Positions 10,413 through 18,974 of a stretch of 60,676 nucleotides of DNA are shown here, one piece after another. The notes beneath the pieces were generated by a model that ran no database searches, had not been told where the DNA came from, and worked only from the letters and a program-made list of their open reading frames with translations. The translations under genes and the position numbers were made by a program. Every line of letters begins with the position of its first letter. Position 1 is the stretch's first letter. The DNA comes from a virus (lineage: Duplodnaviria > Caudoviricetes), in the IMG/VR virus record IMGVR_UViG_3300044731_001504, positions 1 through 60,676 of that record, one strand, 5' to 3'.

Positions 10413-11165
10413 TCAAATGTCACGATTTTCAATGGATAATTTTTTATCCATTAATTTATCTCTCATTTCTAATAACTTTTGAATATATCCGTTTCTTCGG
10501 AGATATTTGAAAACTAAATTACCTATTGAAAACTCACCCCCTTTTTCTAATCCTGACTGCCTATATCGTTTAATTTTTTTATAACATTTTTTCAATATTT
10601 CTTGTGAATTTTCCAAGTCCTCATTTTCAGCGTCAGCGATACACTCATCAACGATTTCCATCCACTGCTCTGCCTTTCTTTTTATAAGTGGCTTGTTGAT
10701 ATTCGCAGACCCTTTTTTTGGTTTAGATATGAATTCATTAGTCATTACTGAATATACCCCATCACTAAACGCTTCCGAATTTTCGTCCTGTAGATACAAT
10801 TCAACATCAAATCCTTTTATTTTAATGTCGTGTTTAAGATTAAAAAGTGTTTTTTTTAAATCAAATAGTTCTTCATATAATTCTATTTGATTATCTGGAA
10901 ATTGATTAAAATCCGCAATTAGATGTAAATCAAAATCAGAATATTCTGACCAATTATAATTAACTAAAGACCCCATTAAATAAATGTCAGACAATACGAC
11001 ATCCACTTTAACAAAATCTAAAAATTCTTTTGATATCTCCAATAACCTTTCTCTAATATCAGGTTTTAAGATTGCAGAATTTATATCTTCGTAGTTATCC
11101 CAAACTTTAGGATTTAAAGTATCTCTTAGCGTAAAACTATTTATGACTTTGCTTAAATTTGACAT
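10413..11165 (-). CDS. nucleotidyltransferase (pol-beta superfamily)
   Basis: hGS...SDFDLH (GS + DxD) and third acidic residue in DVELY. Confidence 0.8.
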   Translation of the reverse strand: MSNLSKVINSFTLRDTLNPKVWDNYEDINSAILKPDIRERLLEISKEFLDFVKVDVVLSDIYLMGSLVNYNWSEYSDFDLHLIADFNQFPDNQIELYEELFDLKKTLFNLKHDIKIKGFDVELYLQDENSEAFSDGVYSVMTNEFISKPKKGSANINKPLIKRKAEQWMEIVDECIADAENEDLENSQEILKKCYKKIKRYRQSGLEKGGEFSIGNLVFKYLRRNGYIQKLLEMRDKLMDKKLSIENRDI

Positions 11166-11185
11166 CTATAATAAATACTCAGTTT

Positions 11186-11428
11186 TTACAACTTTTTGTA
11201 TTTAAAAACTTTCGCAATATTTTTACTAAAAAAACTTCCTTGTGATTGAGCAGTTCTGAATGAAGTATATAATTGGTGAGGAACATCTTCATATTCATAG
11301 TTCATACCATTTTTAAATTCCACAACTAATTTTTTTGTTTCGGTATCATAATCAGTTTTTACTATATTTGTAGACTCAATCTCACAAATGATGTGAGTAC
11401 CTTTAATTTCTTCTTTTAGTATCGCCAT
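11186..11428 (-). CDS. KTSC domain protein
   Basis: STNIVKTDYD...LVVEFKNG..YEYEDVP...AQSQGSFFSKNI matches the KTSC pattern. Confidence 0.85.
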   Translation of the reverse strand: MAILKEEIKGTHIICEIESTNIVKTDYDTETKKLVVEFKNGMNYEYEDVPHQLYTSFRTAQSQGSFFSKNIAKVFKYKKL

Positions 11429-11504
11429 AACTTTTTTTTTCTAACATAGAATGATTTAACAATGTTGTGAATATTATTTAGTTGAATTTTGAAAATATTT
11501 GAAT

Positions 11505-11512
11505 TAAGTTTG
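11505..11512 (+). promoter_or_regulatory. Bacteroidota-type -7 promoter element (TAAGTTTG) for the Clp ATPase gene
   Basis: matches TAnnTTTG, 15 nt before the ATG. Confidence 0.6.
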
Positions 11513-11527
11513 TAAAAAATATAAGTT

Positions 11528-13576
11528 ATGACAGAACCATTGGATAATGACAAAAACAACAGTAACAAGGGTAAATCCGAATCTTCAACCACTCCAGCGT
11601 TGGACAATTTTAGTAAGGATTTAATTAAACTTGCAGAACAAGGTAAGTTAGACCCCGTTATTGGTAGAGAAAAAGAGATTTTGAGAATTGCTCAAATCCT
11701 ATCTCGTAGAAAGAAAAACAACCCGATTATCATTGGGGAACCTGGATGTGGTAAAACCGCATTGGCTGAGGGATTGGCTATGAAAATCCACCAAGGTGAG
11801 TGTCCTCGTAATTTGATGGACAAACGAATTCTGTCTTTGGATATGACATCAATTGTTGCAGGAACAAAGTATCGTGGTCAGTTTGAAGAACGTATGAAGG
11901 TAGTGATTGAAGAATTACAAGCAAACCCTGACATCATTGTGTTTATTGATGAAATCCACACAATTGTCGGAGCAGGTAATTCATCAGGTTCATTGGACGC
12001 ATCGAACATCTTCAAACCAGCACTTGCTCGTGGTGAGATTCAATGTATTGGAGCAACCACATTGGATGAATATCGTAAAAACTTTGAGAAGGACGGAGCG
12101 TTGGAGCGTCGTTTCCAAAAAGTAATTGTTGACCCATCTTCAGCTGATGAGACATTGGAAATTCTTAAAAACATTAAGGATAGATATGAGACATTCCATA
12201 AAGTTCATTTCACTGAAGAAATTTTGACCACTTGTGTTCGTTTGGCGGAACGATACATCACAGACCGAGAATTTCCTGATAAAGCAATTGATATCTTGGA
12301 TGAGGTAGGTGCTCGTAGTCAAGTTGAGATTAAAATGCCTGATGTTATTGAAGATTTAAAAGCTCAAGCATCTGAAATTAAACTACAAAAAATTCAAGTA
12401 GTTAAAAGTCAGAAATATGAAGAGGCGGCCGAGTTGAGAGATAAAGAAAGAAAAATCTTAACAAAACTTGAAGGTGAAAAGGAGAAGTTTGAATTAGAAC
12501 TTTTGGAGAAGAAGAAACAAATTCCAATTGAATTGGTTTATGAAGTTGTTTCAAATATGACTAAAATTCCATTGTCCAAACTTTCTTTAGATGATTCAAA
12601 GTCATTGGTTAATCTTGAAGAAACTTTATCAGGTAAAGTAATTGGACAGGATGATGCGGTTAAACGAATTTCAAAAGCAATTCGTAGAAATCGTTTGGGA
12701 ATTAAAGACCCAAATAAACCAATTGGTTCATTCATCTTCTTGGGTTCAACAGGTGTAGGTAAGACATACTTGGCAAAACAATTGGCCAAAGAAATTTTTG
12801 GAAGTGATGAAAGTCTAATCCGAGTTGATATGTCTGAATACCAAGAGAAACATTCCATTTCAAAATTGATTGGAGCACCTCCCGGATATGTTGGATATGA
12901 CCAAGGTGGACAATTGACCGAACAAATTAAAAACAAACCTTATTGTGTTATTTTGTTTGATGAGATTGAAAAGGCCAACAAAGATGTATTTTCATCGTTA
13001 CTTCAAGTATTGGACGATGGTCATTTGACAGACGGATTGGGTAGAAAAATCAACTTCAAAAATTGCTTAATCATTATGACTTCAAACTTGGGTATCAAAA
13101 AACTACAAGAGTTTGGTGCAGGTGTTGGATTTAGTACATCTCAAAACACATTTGCAATTGAGGAGAACAGAAAGAACCTTTTACAGAAAGAAATGAAGAA
13201 TTTCTTCAGTCCTGAGTTCTTAAATCGTATTGACGATATTGTAATCTTCAATTCATTGAAAGAGGATGAGATTGAAAAAATTGCAAACATTGAATTGGTT
13301 AAACTTAAAAATCGTTTGTCTGAAATGAAATACGATATCTCATTTGATGAGAATGTTATCAAGTATATTTCTAAAAACGGGTTTGATGAATTGTATGGGG
13401 CACGTCCACTAAAAAGAGCAATCCAAGACAAACTTGAGGACTTCATTTCAGATGAAGTGTTGAAGGGAACCATTGTTGAGGGAGGTCAATACACAATATC
13501 AATTAAAGATGATAATGTGACTCTTGAACAGAAAGAACAAGAAGTGAAAAAGACAAGAAAGAAAAAGGGAGAATAA
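11528..13576 (+). CDS. clpC: ClpC-type AAA+ ATPase lacking the Clp N-domain
   Basis: LDPVIGR, GEPGCGKT, KYRGQFEER, short UVR-type middle domain (QKYEEAAELRDKE), second Walker A GSTGVGKT, GYVGY pore loop, VGF ClpP-docking loop, GARPL. Confidence 0.9.
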   Translation: MTEPLDNDKNNSNKGKSESSTTPALDNFSKDLIKLAEQGKLDPVIGREKEILRIAQILSRRKKNNPIIIGEPGCGKTALAEGLAMKIHQGECPRNLMDKRILSLDMTSIVAGTKYRGQFEERMKVVIEELQANPDIIVFIDEIHTIVGAGNSSGSLDASNIFKPALARGEIQCIGATTLDEYRKNFEKDGALERRFQKVIVDPSSADETLEILKNIKDRYETFHKVHFTEEILTTCVRLAERYITDREFPDKAIDILDEVGARSQVEIKMPDVIEDLKAQASEIKLQKIQVVKSQKYEEAAELRDKERKILTKLEGEKEKFELELLEKKKQIPIELVYEVVSNMTKIPLSKLSLDDSKSLVNLEETLSGKVIGQDDAVKRISKAIRRNRLGIKDPNKPIGSFIFLGSTGVGKTYLAKQLAKEIFGSDESLIRVDMSEYQEKHSISKLIGAPPGYVGYDQGGQLTEQIKNKPYCVILFDEIEKANKDVFSSLLQVLDDGHLTDGLGRKINFKNCLIIMTSNLGIKKLQEFGAGVGFSTSQNTFAIEENRKNLLQKEMKNFFSPEFLNRIDDIVIFNSLKEDEIEKIANIELVKLKNRLSEMKYDISFDENVIKYISKNGFDELYGARPLKRAIQDKLEDFISDEVLKGTIVEGGQYTISIKDDNVTLEQKEQEVKKTRKKKGE

Positions 13577-13592
13577 TCTCCCTTTTTTTTTA
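13562..13592. terminator. bidirectional intrinsic terminator between convergent genes
   Basis: AAAAAGGGAGA-ataa-TCTCCCTTTTT. Confidence 0.8.
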
Positions 13593-14417
13593 TTACCAAT
13601 ATCTAAAAGATGAACTTTGTTGTGGGTCTAATTTATATTTCTTATTACCCAACTCCTGAATCATTTTCTTACCCATATCAATTCCATTAAAGACATCCTC
13701 AACAACCACATATTCATTTTTGGTGTGGTATTGATAGTATCCGATTGATATGTTTATACAAGAGAAGTCAAACTTTCTTTTCAAGGCATATACATCAGTA
13801 TAAGGATGAACCATATACTTCTTCCTGTCATTCATTCCTTCAGATAAGATTTTATCACAGGTGTTAAAGAAATCACTTTCTCTTTCAAATAACTTAGCCC
13901 CAAAACAAGTTTCAGTAATCATCCAATTCTCAGGTCCATCAAATTGAATTGCGTATCCCACATTTGAAAAGAATGATGGGTCAGCATATCTTGAGCCATG
14001 ACATCCAGTTTCTTCTGAAACAAAGAACGCGGCTTTAACCACATCCATCTCTTCCAAAATCTCCATACAGGCAAATACACCACATTTATCGTCACCCCCA
14101 ATACCTGTTGGTTCTCCACTATCATTATACGCCTTTAACGATAATTTTAACTCTCTGTGTGAGTTAGGTAACATTTCTTCAACAACATTGATTGTGTCAA
14201 TCTTGTGAACCGTATCGGTGTGACAAACAACACAAGGGTACATCTGACCTTCAGACACTTCACCTTTAACAGCATAAATGTTTAAATGTTCATCAACTGT
14301 AAATTCAATATTCTTTTCTTTGAGCCAATCAGCGATGTATTGAACCATCATTTCCTCCTGATATGTGTGAGTAGGAACTGCTAAAACTGACTTTAATAAC
14401 GACAAATCTCTGTTCAT
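13593..14417 (-). CDS. M20/M28-family zinc metallopeptidase
   Basis: HTDT, GGDDKCG, EETG, QFD and YHT metal-binding motifs; TATCTTTG element upstream. Confidence 0.85.
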   Translation of the reverse strand: MNRDLSLLKSVLAVPTHTYQEEMMVQYIADWLKEKNIEFTVDEHLNIYAVKGEVSEGQMYPCVVCHTDTVHKIDTINVVEEMLPNSHRELKLSLKAYNDSGEPTGIGGDDKCGVFACMEILEEMDVVKAAFFVSEETGCHGSRYADPSFFSNVGYAIQFDGPENWMITETCFGAKLFERESDFFNTCDKILSEGMNDRKKYMVHPYTDVYALKRKFDFSCINISIGYYQYHTKNEYVVVEDVFNGIDMGKKMIQELGNKKYKLDPQQSSSFRYW

Positions 14418-14453
14418 AATTTTTTATATATTCAACAAAGATAGGAAAAAAAA

Positions 14454-15518
14454 TTAATCAAACAATTCTGGATGGTATAAAAAATTAATGAAATCTTCAA
14501 ATCCCATTTTAAAATGTTGAATGCTTTTATACATTTCATTGTAAGCAACCACAATCTTACCATCTTCAAGCTTTTCAATCATAAAATTCGCCCTTGAATC
14601 TTTTTTTCCTTTTTCTTCAGGAAAATGATACCATCTATTAAACGTATAATTTAATTTTTCCATTAAATCATATAATTTATTTTCCTTTTCCATAGATTCA
14701 GGGTCAAAATCTTCTTCTATTTTATCAATCATCTTATCTAATTGCCTGCCAGTCCAACTATTAAACCCTTCACTATCAAAATTTCTATCTTCATAATATG
14801 CGTAATAATCATCACCATAATCATCTCCATCTTCTAATCCTTCTTCGTTGATGATTTCATGTAATAACGTTAAAATGTCTTCATTTTCATGCCCGTATTT
14901 TTCATATAATCTAATAATGTTACCAGCAGTTGTTACATATTTTCTTTGACACTGCATCTCCATTATTTTAAATTTATTCAAAATACCACATCCTTTTTGT
15001 AACAAATATTCTTTCATACCTTCAACTAAAGCTTGGTCGTGGTAATCGGAATACTCGTGAGCAATACTTTCACATTCATTTGGAAATTTAAGAAGTAAGT
15101 ATTGGGAAACTATTTCATCATTATCTCCTTGAATAAACTGAGTAAGTAATTTTTTATTAATTAACTTTAATATTTTTTTTAGTTTTTCAATATTTTCTTC
15201 TGAGAAATGTCTAATTATATACCCTTCCGCAAAATCTTGTTCTGCAGAATAATTGTCAAGGAAAACTCTGCCAGGATACCCTCCACCAACAGCAACATTA
15301 ATATAGTATTCATTATTATCGTAACTATAAGAATTACTGTCCTGTATCATTTTCAAGAACTCTTGTCTATCCATCATCAAATACATTATTGATTTAGATA
15401 AATCGTTCTCATTAATTTTTGAGAACTTTAAATTGTCATAAGAATAGTTAAAATCTCTAGCAAAATTGCTCTCATATTCACCATCAACAAACTTTTTTAA
15501 AGCTTCATATAACGTCAT
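14454..15518 (-). CDS. hypothetical protein
   Basis: 354-aa acidic, Tyr-rich ORF; TATTTAT upstream. Confidence 0.75.
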   Translation of the reverse strand: MTLYEALKKFVDGEYESNFARDFNYSYDNLKFSKINENDLSKSIMYLMMDRQEFLKMIQDSNSYSYDNNEYYINVAVGGGYPGRVFLDNYSAEQDFAEGYIIRHFSEENIEKLKKILKLINKKLLTQFIQGDNDEIVSQYLLLKFPNECESIAHEYSDYHDQALVEGMKEYLLQKGCGILNKFKIMEMQCQRKYVTTAGNIIRLYEKYGHENEDILTLLHEIINEEGLEDGDDYGDDYYAYYEDRNFDSEGFNSWTGRQLDKMIDKIEEDFDPESMEKENKLYDLMEKLNYTFNRWYHFPEEKGKKDSRANFMIEKLEDGKIVVAYNEMYKSIQHFKMGFEDFINFLYHPELFD

Positions 15519-15591
15519 AATTTTTTATTTATAAATACTTGTATATTCAAGAAGATATTTATATCTTTGTACCATAGTTCTTTGATTTAAT

Positions 15592-15974
15592 GGGGATGTT
15601 TTTGGCTTTGACAGGAATGAATTTGTCATAAAACGCACGTCGGGGCTAAGCTAACCCTGTAGAACTGGCTTAAACTGTAAACGGCAACGTTATCAACAAA
15701 CTTTCAGTAGCTGGATTAATCCGTACTGAAGAAGTAGCAGTAGCTTAATCTGAGATTAACCTACGAAGGGGTCGGCAGACATACAACCTTGCAACAGAAG
15801 TCGTAGCTGTGGTGTGGTTTCTACCCGAAAAGAAACAAAACCCTTGTTTGTCAGGTATGGAAGGGTAATCTAATCTGACTATTTTGGGATATTGAGAACC
15901 AATATCAACCTAAGCGTGTAGTGTTTTATGGTAGACATTTTTGGACCCGGGTTCGACCCCCGGCATCTCCACCA
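15592..15974 (+). ncRNA. ssrA: tmRNA
   Basis: 5' GGGGATG pairs with 3' CATCTCC-ACCA including the G3.U Ala determinant; GGCTTTGAC D-loop-like segment; T-arm CCGGG-TTCGACC-CCCGG; internal tag ORF 15683-15748; TATCTTTG upstream and terminator downstream. Confidence 0.93.
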
Positions 15975-15978
15975 TTAT

Positions 15979-16003
15979 AAAAGGGACTTTTTAGTCCCTT
16001 TTT
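15979..16003 (+). terminator. terminator after tmRNA
   Basis: AAAAGGGACT-tttt-AGTCCCTTTT. Confidence 0.8.
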
Positions 16004-16016
16004 ATATTTATACAAT

Positions 16017-16925
16017 ATGAATAAAAACACATTATTTACACTTGCGGGACATTTATCCAGATTCTGGAAAGAGGGGGATAATCCAATATCTTTTACTAAA
16101 GAACTTTTAAGTAATAAAAAATACAAAATATTTTTTGGTAAATTAAACGTTTCTGATTTGTTAATTGTTTCCATAATAATTAACGCTAAGAAAAAAGGAT
16201 TAAATCCTGAAGAAGAATATGAAAAATATGAGTTAAACGCATTTTCATTTTCTACAGTTTTGGTAACTGAGCACGAACCTGATATTCCGTGTGAAAGATG
16301 TGATGAGTCAGGTGAAATAACATGCACGAGCTGTAATGGTAGAGGAACTGAAGAGTGTCCTTATTGTTTTGGAAGTGGAACTCAAGATTGTAGCATTTGC
16401 GACGGAAATGGGCAAGAAGAATGTTCGGTTTGTGATGGGACAGGTTATGAAGACGAGGATGAACAATGCGGAACGTGTGATGGAGATGGTACTATCGACT
16501 GTGATACGTGTGATGGAAGTGGAAGGGAAGATTGTGGAACGTGTGATGGTGGAGAAATTAATTGTGAGACATGTACAGGTTCAGGGAATGAAAGCTGTGA
16601 TGAATGTGATGGAACTGGTTATATTGCCGGATATGATAAATTAGCAATTACACAAAGTTACTACGTTAGTTATGATTTAGAAATTAAAGATTTACTTGAA
16701 AGAAAACATCATCTATCTGAAATATCCCAAAAACTATATGATAAAATCATGGAGTCTCCTAGAACTTTTTTAGTTAATGATTATAATGGGATTATGGATA
16801 AATTTGAAGATAGTGCCGATAATACTATGTTTTTTGGTGAATTAGAAGAAGGTAATCCTTCTATAATGGCTAGAAGTAATGGTAAAGTACTTGACGTATT
16901 TAGTCTTACAGACCTTTTTGATTAA
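16017..16925 (+). CDS. protein with 10 DnaJ-type CxxCxGxG zinc-finger repeats (no J domain)
   Basis: CERCDESG, CTSCNGRG, CPYCFGSG, CSICDGNG, CSVCDGTG, CGTCDGDG, CDTCDGSG, CGTCDGG, CETCTGSG, CDECDGTG; no HPD motif. Confidence 0.8.
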   Translation: MNKNTLFTLAGHLSRFWKEGDNPISFTKELLSNKKYKIFFGKLNVSDLLIVSIIINAKKKGLNPEEEYEKYELNAFSFSTVLVTEHEPDIPCERCDESGEITCTSCNGRGTEECPYCFGSGTQDCSICDGNGQEECSVCDGTGYEDEDEQCGTCDGDGTIDCDTCDGSGREDCGTCDGGEINCETCTGSGNESCDECDGTGYIAGYDKLAITQSYYVSYDLEIKDLLERKHHLSEISQKLYDKIMESPRTFLVNDYNGIMDKFEDSADNTMFFGELEEGNPSIMARSNGKVLDVFSLTDLFD

Positions 16926-17542
16926 ATCTGAGTATTCAAAGAGTTGGACTCTCTTAAAACTTCTCTTTTAAAATCTTCACTAAACTCATCATTAACGATG
17001 ATTTCTGAAGGGGGCTCACTGAATACCCAATCCATACCTAACATTCCTATTAGATGATTGTCTCTATCGTAGATTGGACAGGCAACGTGTGATTGAGTAC
17101 CATAGGATGTTAAGAAAGCTCTTGTAGATATATCTTCAATTTTATTCAAATCTGTATAAAACATTTTTGAATCGACCATATGTCTAATATACCAATTGAA
17201 ATGAGACACCAATACATTTTGATATTTTTCAGATAATCTTTCAAGTCCATCTGAACATCTTTCGTAAGTCATTGTTGATTTTTGCATCGGTGACTCTGTA
17301 TAGAAATTTCCACCATTATGATATTGGATGATGAAAATCCTATCACAGTTATAAAGTCGTCTTAATTCTCTTAATGCAAAATGAACAATTTCATCTTTCT
17401 TTATACGGGCAATCAAACCTTCACGAGATTTCTTCTCTTTTTTCTTGTCTTGCCAACTCTTTAAAAAGCCGGAAGCAATTAAAGCCACAATGATAGATGT
17501 TATTGAGGTTATCCCCAATTCAATTAATTTCTGATAGTCCAT
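16922..17542 (-). CDS. N-terminal TM helix plus GAF-like domain; possible T4 gpT-like holin
   Basis: hydrophobic LGITSITSIIVALIA; CDRIFIIQYHNG and ACPIYD..HLIGMLGMD are GAF-like. Confidence 0.5.
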   Translation of the reverse strand: MDYQKLIELGITSITSIIVALIASGFLKSWQDKKKEKKSREGLIARIKKDEIVHFALRELRRLYNCDRIFIIQYHNGGNFYTESPMQKSTMTYERCSDGLERLSEKYQNVLVSHFNWYIRHMVDSKMFYTDLNKIEDISTRAFLTSYGTQSHVACPIYDRDNHLIGMLGMDWVFSEPPSEIIVNDEFSEDFKREVLRESNSLNTQI

Positions 17543-17550
17543 TCAGTATA

Positions 17551-17844
17551 CTATAACAAATTATAAATATAAGAATTTTCATTAATAGTTGTGGTAGAAA
17601 TACTTAAATCCAAAAATACAGGGTTTTGTTCCCCAAAATAACCACCTATAATGTTGTAGTCAAAAAATTCTTCAGCCTCATCCCAAGTCATTCCATCACG
17701 TTCTTGTAGTATCTGAATAATCTTGTCTTTTGAATACAGGATGCGTCTACCAACACCAAATTCATCGGTCACCCCAACTATTGCCGGTTCCAATCCGTCA
17801 AGTAAGATTGCGCCTTCAGCATATTCATTAATGTCCACTTCCAT
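17551..17844 (-). CDS. hypothetical phage protein
   Basis: LDGLEPAIVG...YSKDKII..L...MT..EAEEFFDYNIIG.Y.GE..P pattern, familiar from phage hypotheticals. Confidence 0.7.
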   Translation of the reverse strand: MEVDINEYAEGAILLDGLEPAIVGVTDEFGVGRRILYSKDKIIQILQERDGMTWDEAEEFFDYNIIGGYFGEQNPVFLDLSISTTTINENSYIYNLL

Positions 17845-18763
17845 AAATGTTCTTCAAATAATCTTTAATATGTAAAAAACTTTTTGCAATATCAAACCCT
17901 GCAAAATAATGTTTCAATTTGGTCAAATCTAATCTATATACTCTATCGTGACCCAATCTATCAGGAACAAACTCAATGGTTGCTTGGTTGCCAGGTAAAA
18001 TTTCCTGAATCATTTGAATGATTTCAATGTTCCTAAATTCAATGTTAGAACCAATGTTGTAAGTATCATTTATAATATGCTCGTTGAACATAAATTCAGC
18101 GATTATTCTAACATTATCATAAACATAAATCCATTCTCTTGATTGTTTTCCATCTCCATATACTGGAATTTTTTTACCATCCTTAATTGAGTTATAAATG
18201 ACAGGTAAAAACTTTTCTTTGAATTGGTGTTCCCCAAAATTGTTACAGGTTCTTGTAATCAAATAAGGCAGACCATATGTTCTATGACAAGCTTTAACTA
18301 ATAAATCTGCGGCGGCTTTTGACGCTGAATAATAAGAACTTGGATTTAATGTATGTTCCTCGTTAGATGATTTATTTTTGAATACAACTGATTCCATATC
18401 ACCATAAACCTCATCAGTTGATATTTGTATAAACTTCTTCAATGTCTTGTTCTGTCTCGCACATTCAAGAAGATTAAATGTCCCCTCCACGTTTGACTTA
18501 ATGAATGGTTTTCCATTCTTAATTGAATTGTCAACGTGAGATTCTGCAGCAAAATTTACAAGATAATCGTAGTCACCCAAATCCTCAGGTACCACATCGC
18601 ATATGTCTTTTTGTAAGAAGTCAATGTCGTGTTTTATATTGTTTATATCGGAACAATATGTTAATGAATCAATACATAAAATTTCACAATGGAAATTTTC
18701 TTTTAAATAATTAATAAACGCTGACCCAATAAATCCAGCACCTCCTGTAACAATAACTCTCAT
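17828..18763 (-). CDS. rmlB: dTDP-glucose 4,6-dehydratase
   Basis: VTGGAGFIGS, FAAESHVDNSI, ISTDEVYG, YSASK, DRLGHDRVY. Confidence 0.92.
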   Translation of the reverse strand: MRVIVTGGAGFIGSAFINYLKENFHCEILCIDSLTYCSDINNIKHDIDFLQKDICDVVPEDLGDYDYLVNFAAESHVDNSIKNGKPFIKSNVEGTFNLLECARQNKTLKKFIQISTDEVYGDMESVVFKNKSSNEEHTLNPSSYYSASKAAADLLVKACHRTYGLPYLITRTCNNFGEHQFKEKFLPVIYNSIKDGKKIPVYGDGKQSREWIYVYDNVRIIAEFMFNEHIINDTYNIGSNIEFRNIEIIQMIQEILPGNQATIEFVPDRLGHDRVYRLDLTKLKHYFAGFDIAKSFLHIKDYLKNIYGSGH

Positions 18764-18936
18764 ATTTTTTTAATTGTGTATTTATAACCTGAATCAGAAT
18801 TTAATTCAAAAATTTCTTTCATAGTATTCGCTTCTCCCTCATTTGAAAATTCTAATACTTCCCCGTGAGAATCTAATATAATGACGGGTAGAACTACCCC
18901 ATTCTTATTTTTAATATGTTTAACAATAACCCACAT
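18760..18936 (-). CDS. small hypothetical protein (58 aa, not in ORF track)
   Basis: MWVIVKHIKNKNGVVLPVIILDSHGEVLEF...YKYTIKKI; stop overlaps the rmlB start (ATGA). Confidence 0.65.
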   Translation of the reverse strand: MWVIVKHIKNKNGVVLPVIILDSHGEVLEFSNEGEANTMKEIFELNSDSGYKYTIKKI

Positions 18937-18974
18937 AACTTTTTATTTAAAGATAGAAATTCTCTTTAAATAAA

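Noticed and set aside
15946-15974. T-arm plus ACCA as a tRNA gene
   Set aside because: The matching 5' acceptor strand is about 380 nt upstream with a tag ORF in between, so this is the tmRNA 3' end.
15926-16327. 133-aa minus-strand ORF
   Set aside because: It is antisense to the tmRNA 3' end and the zinc-finger gene, so it is a shadow ORF.
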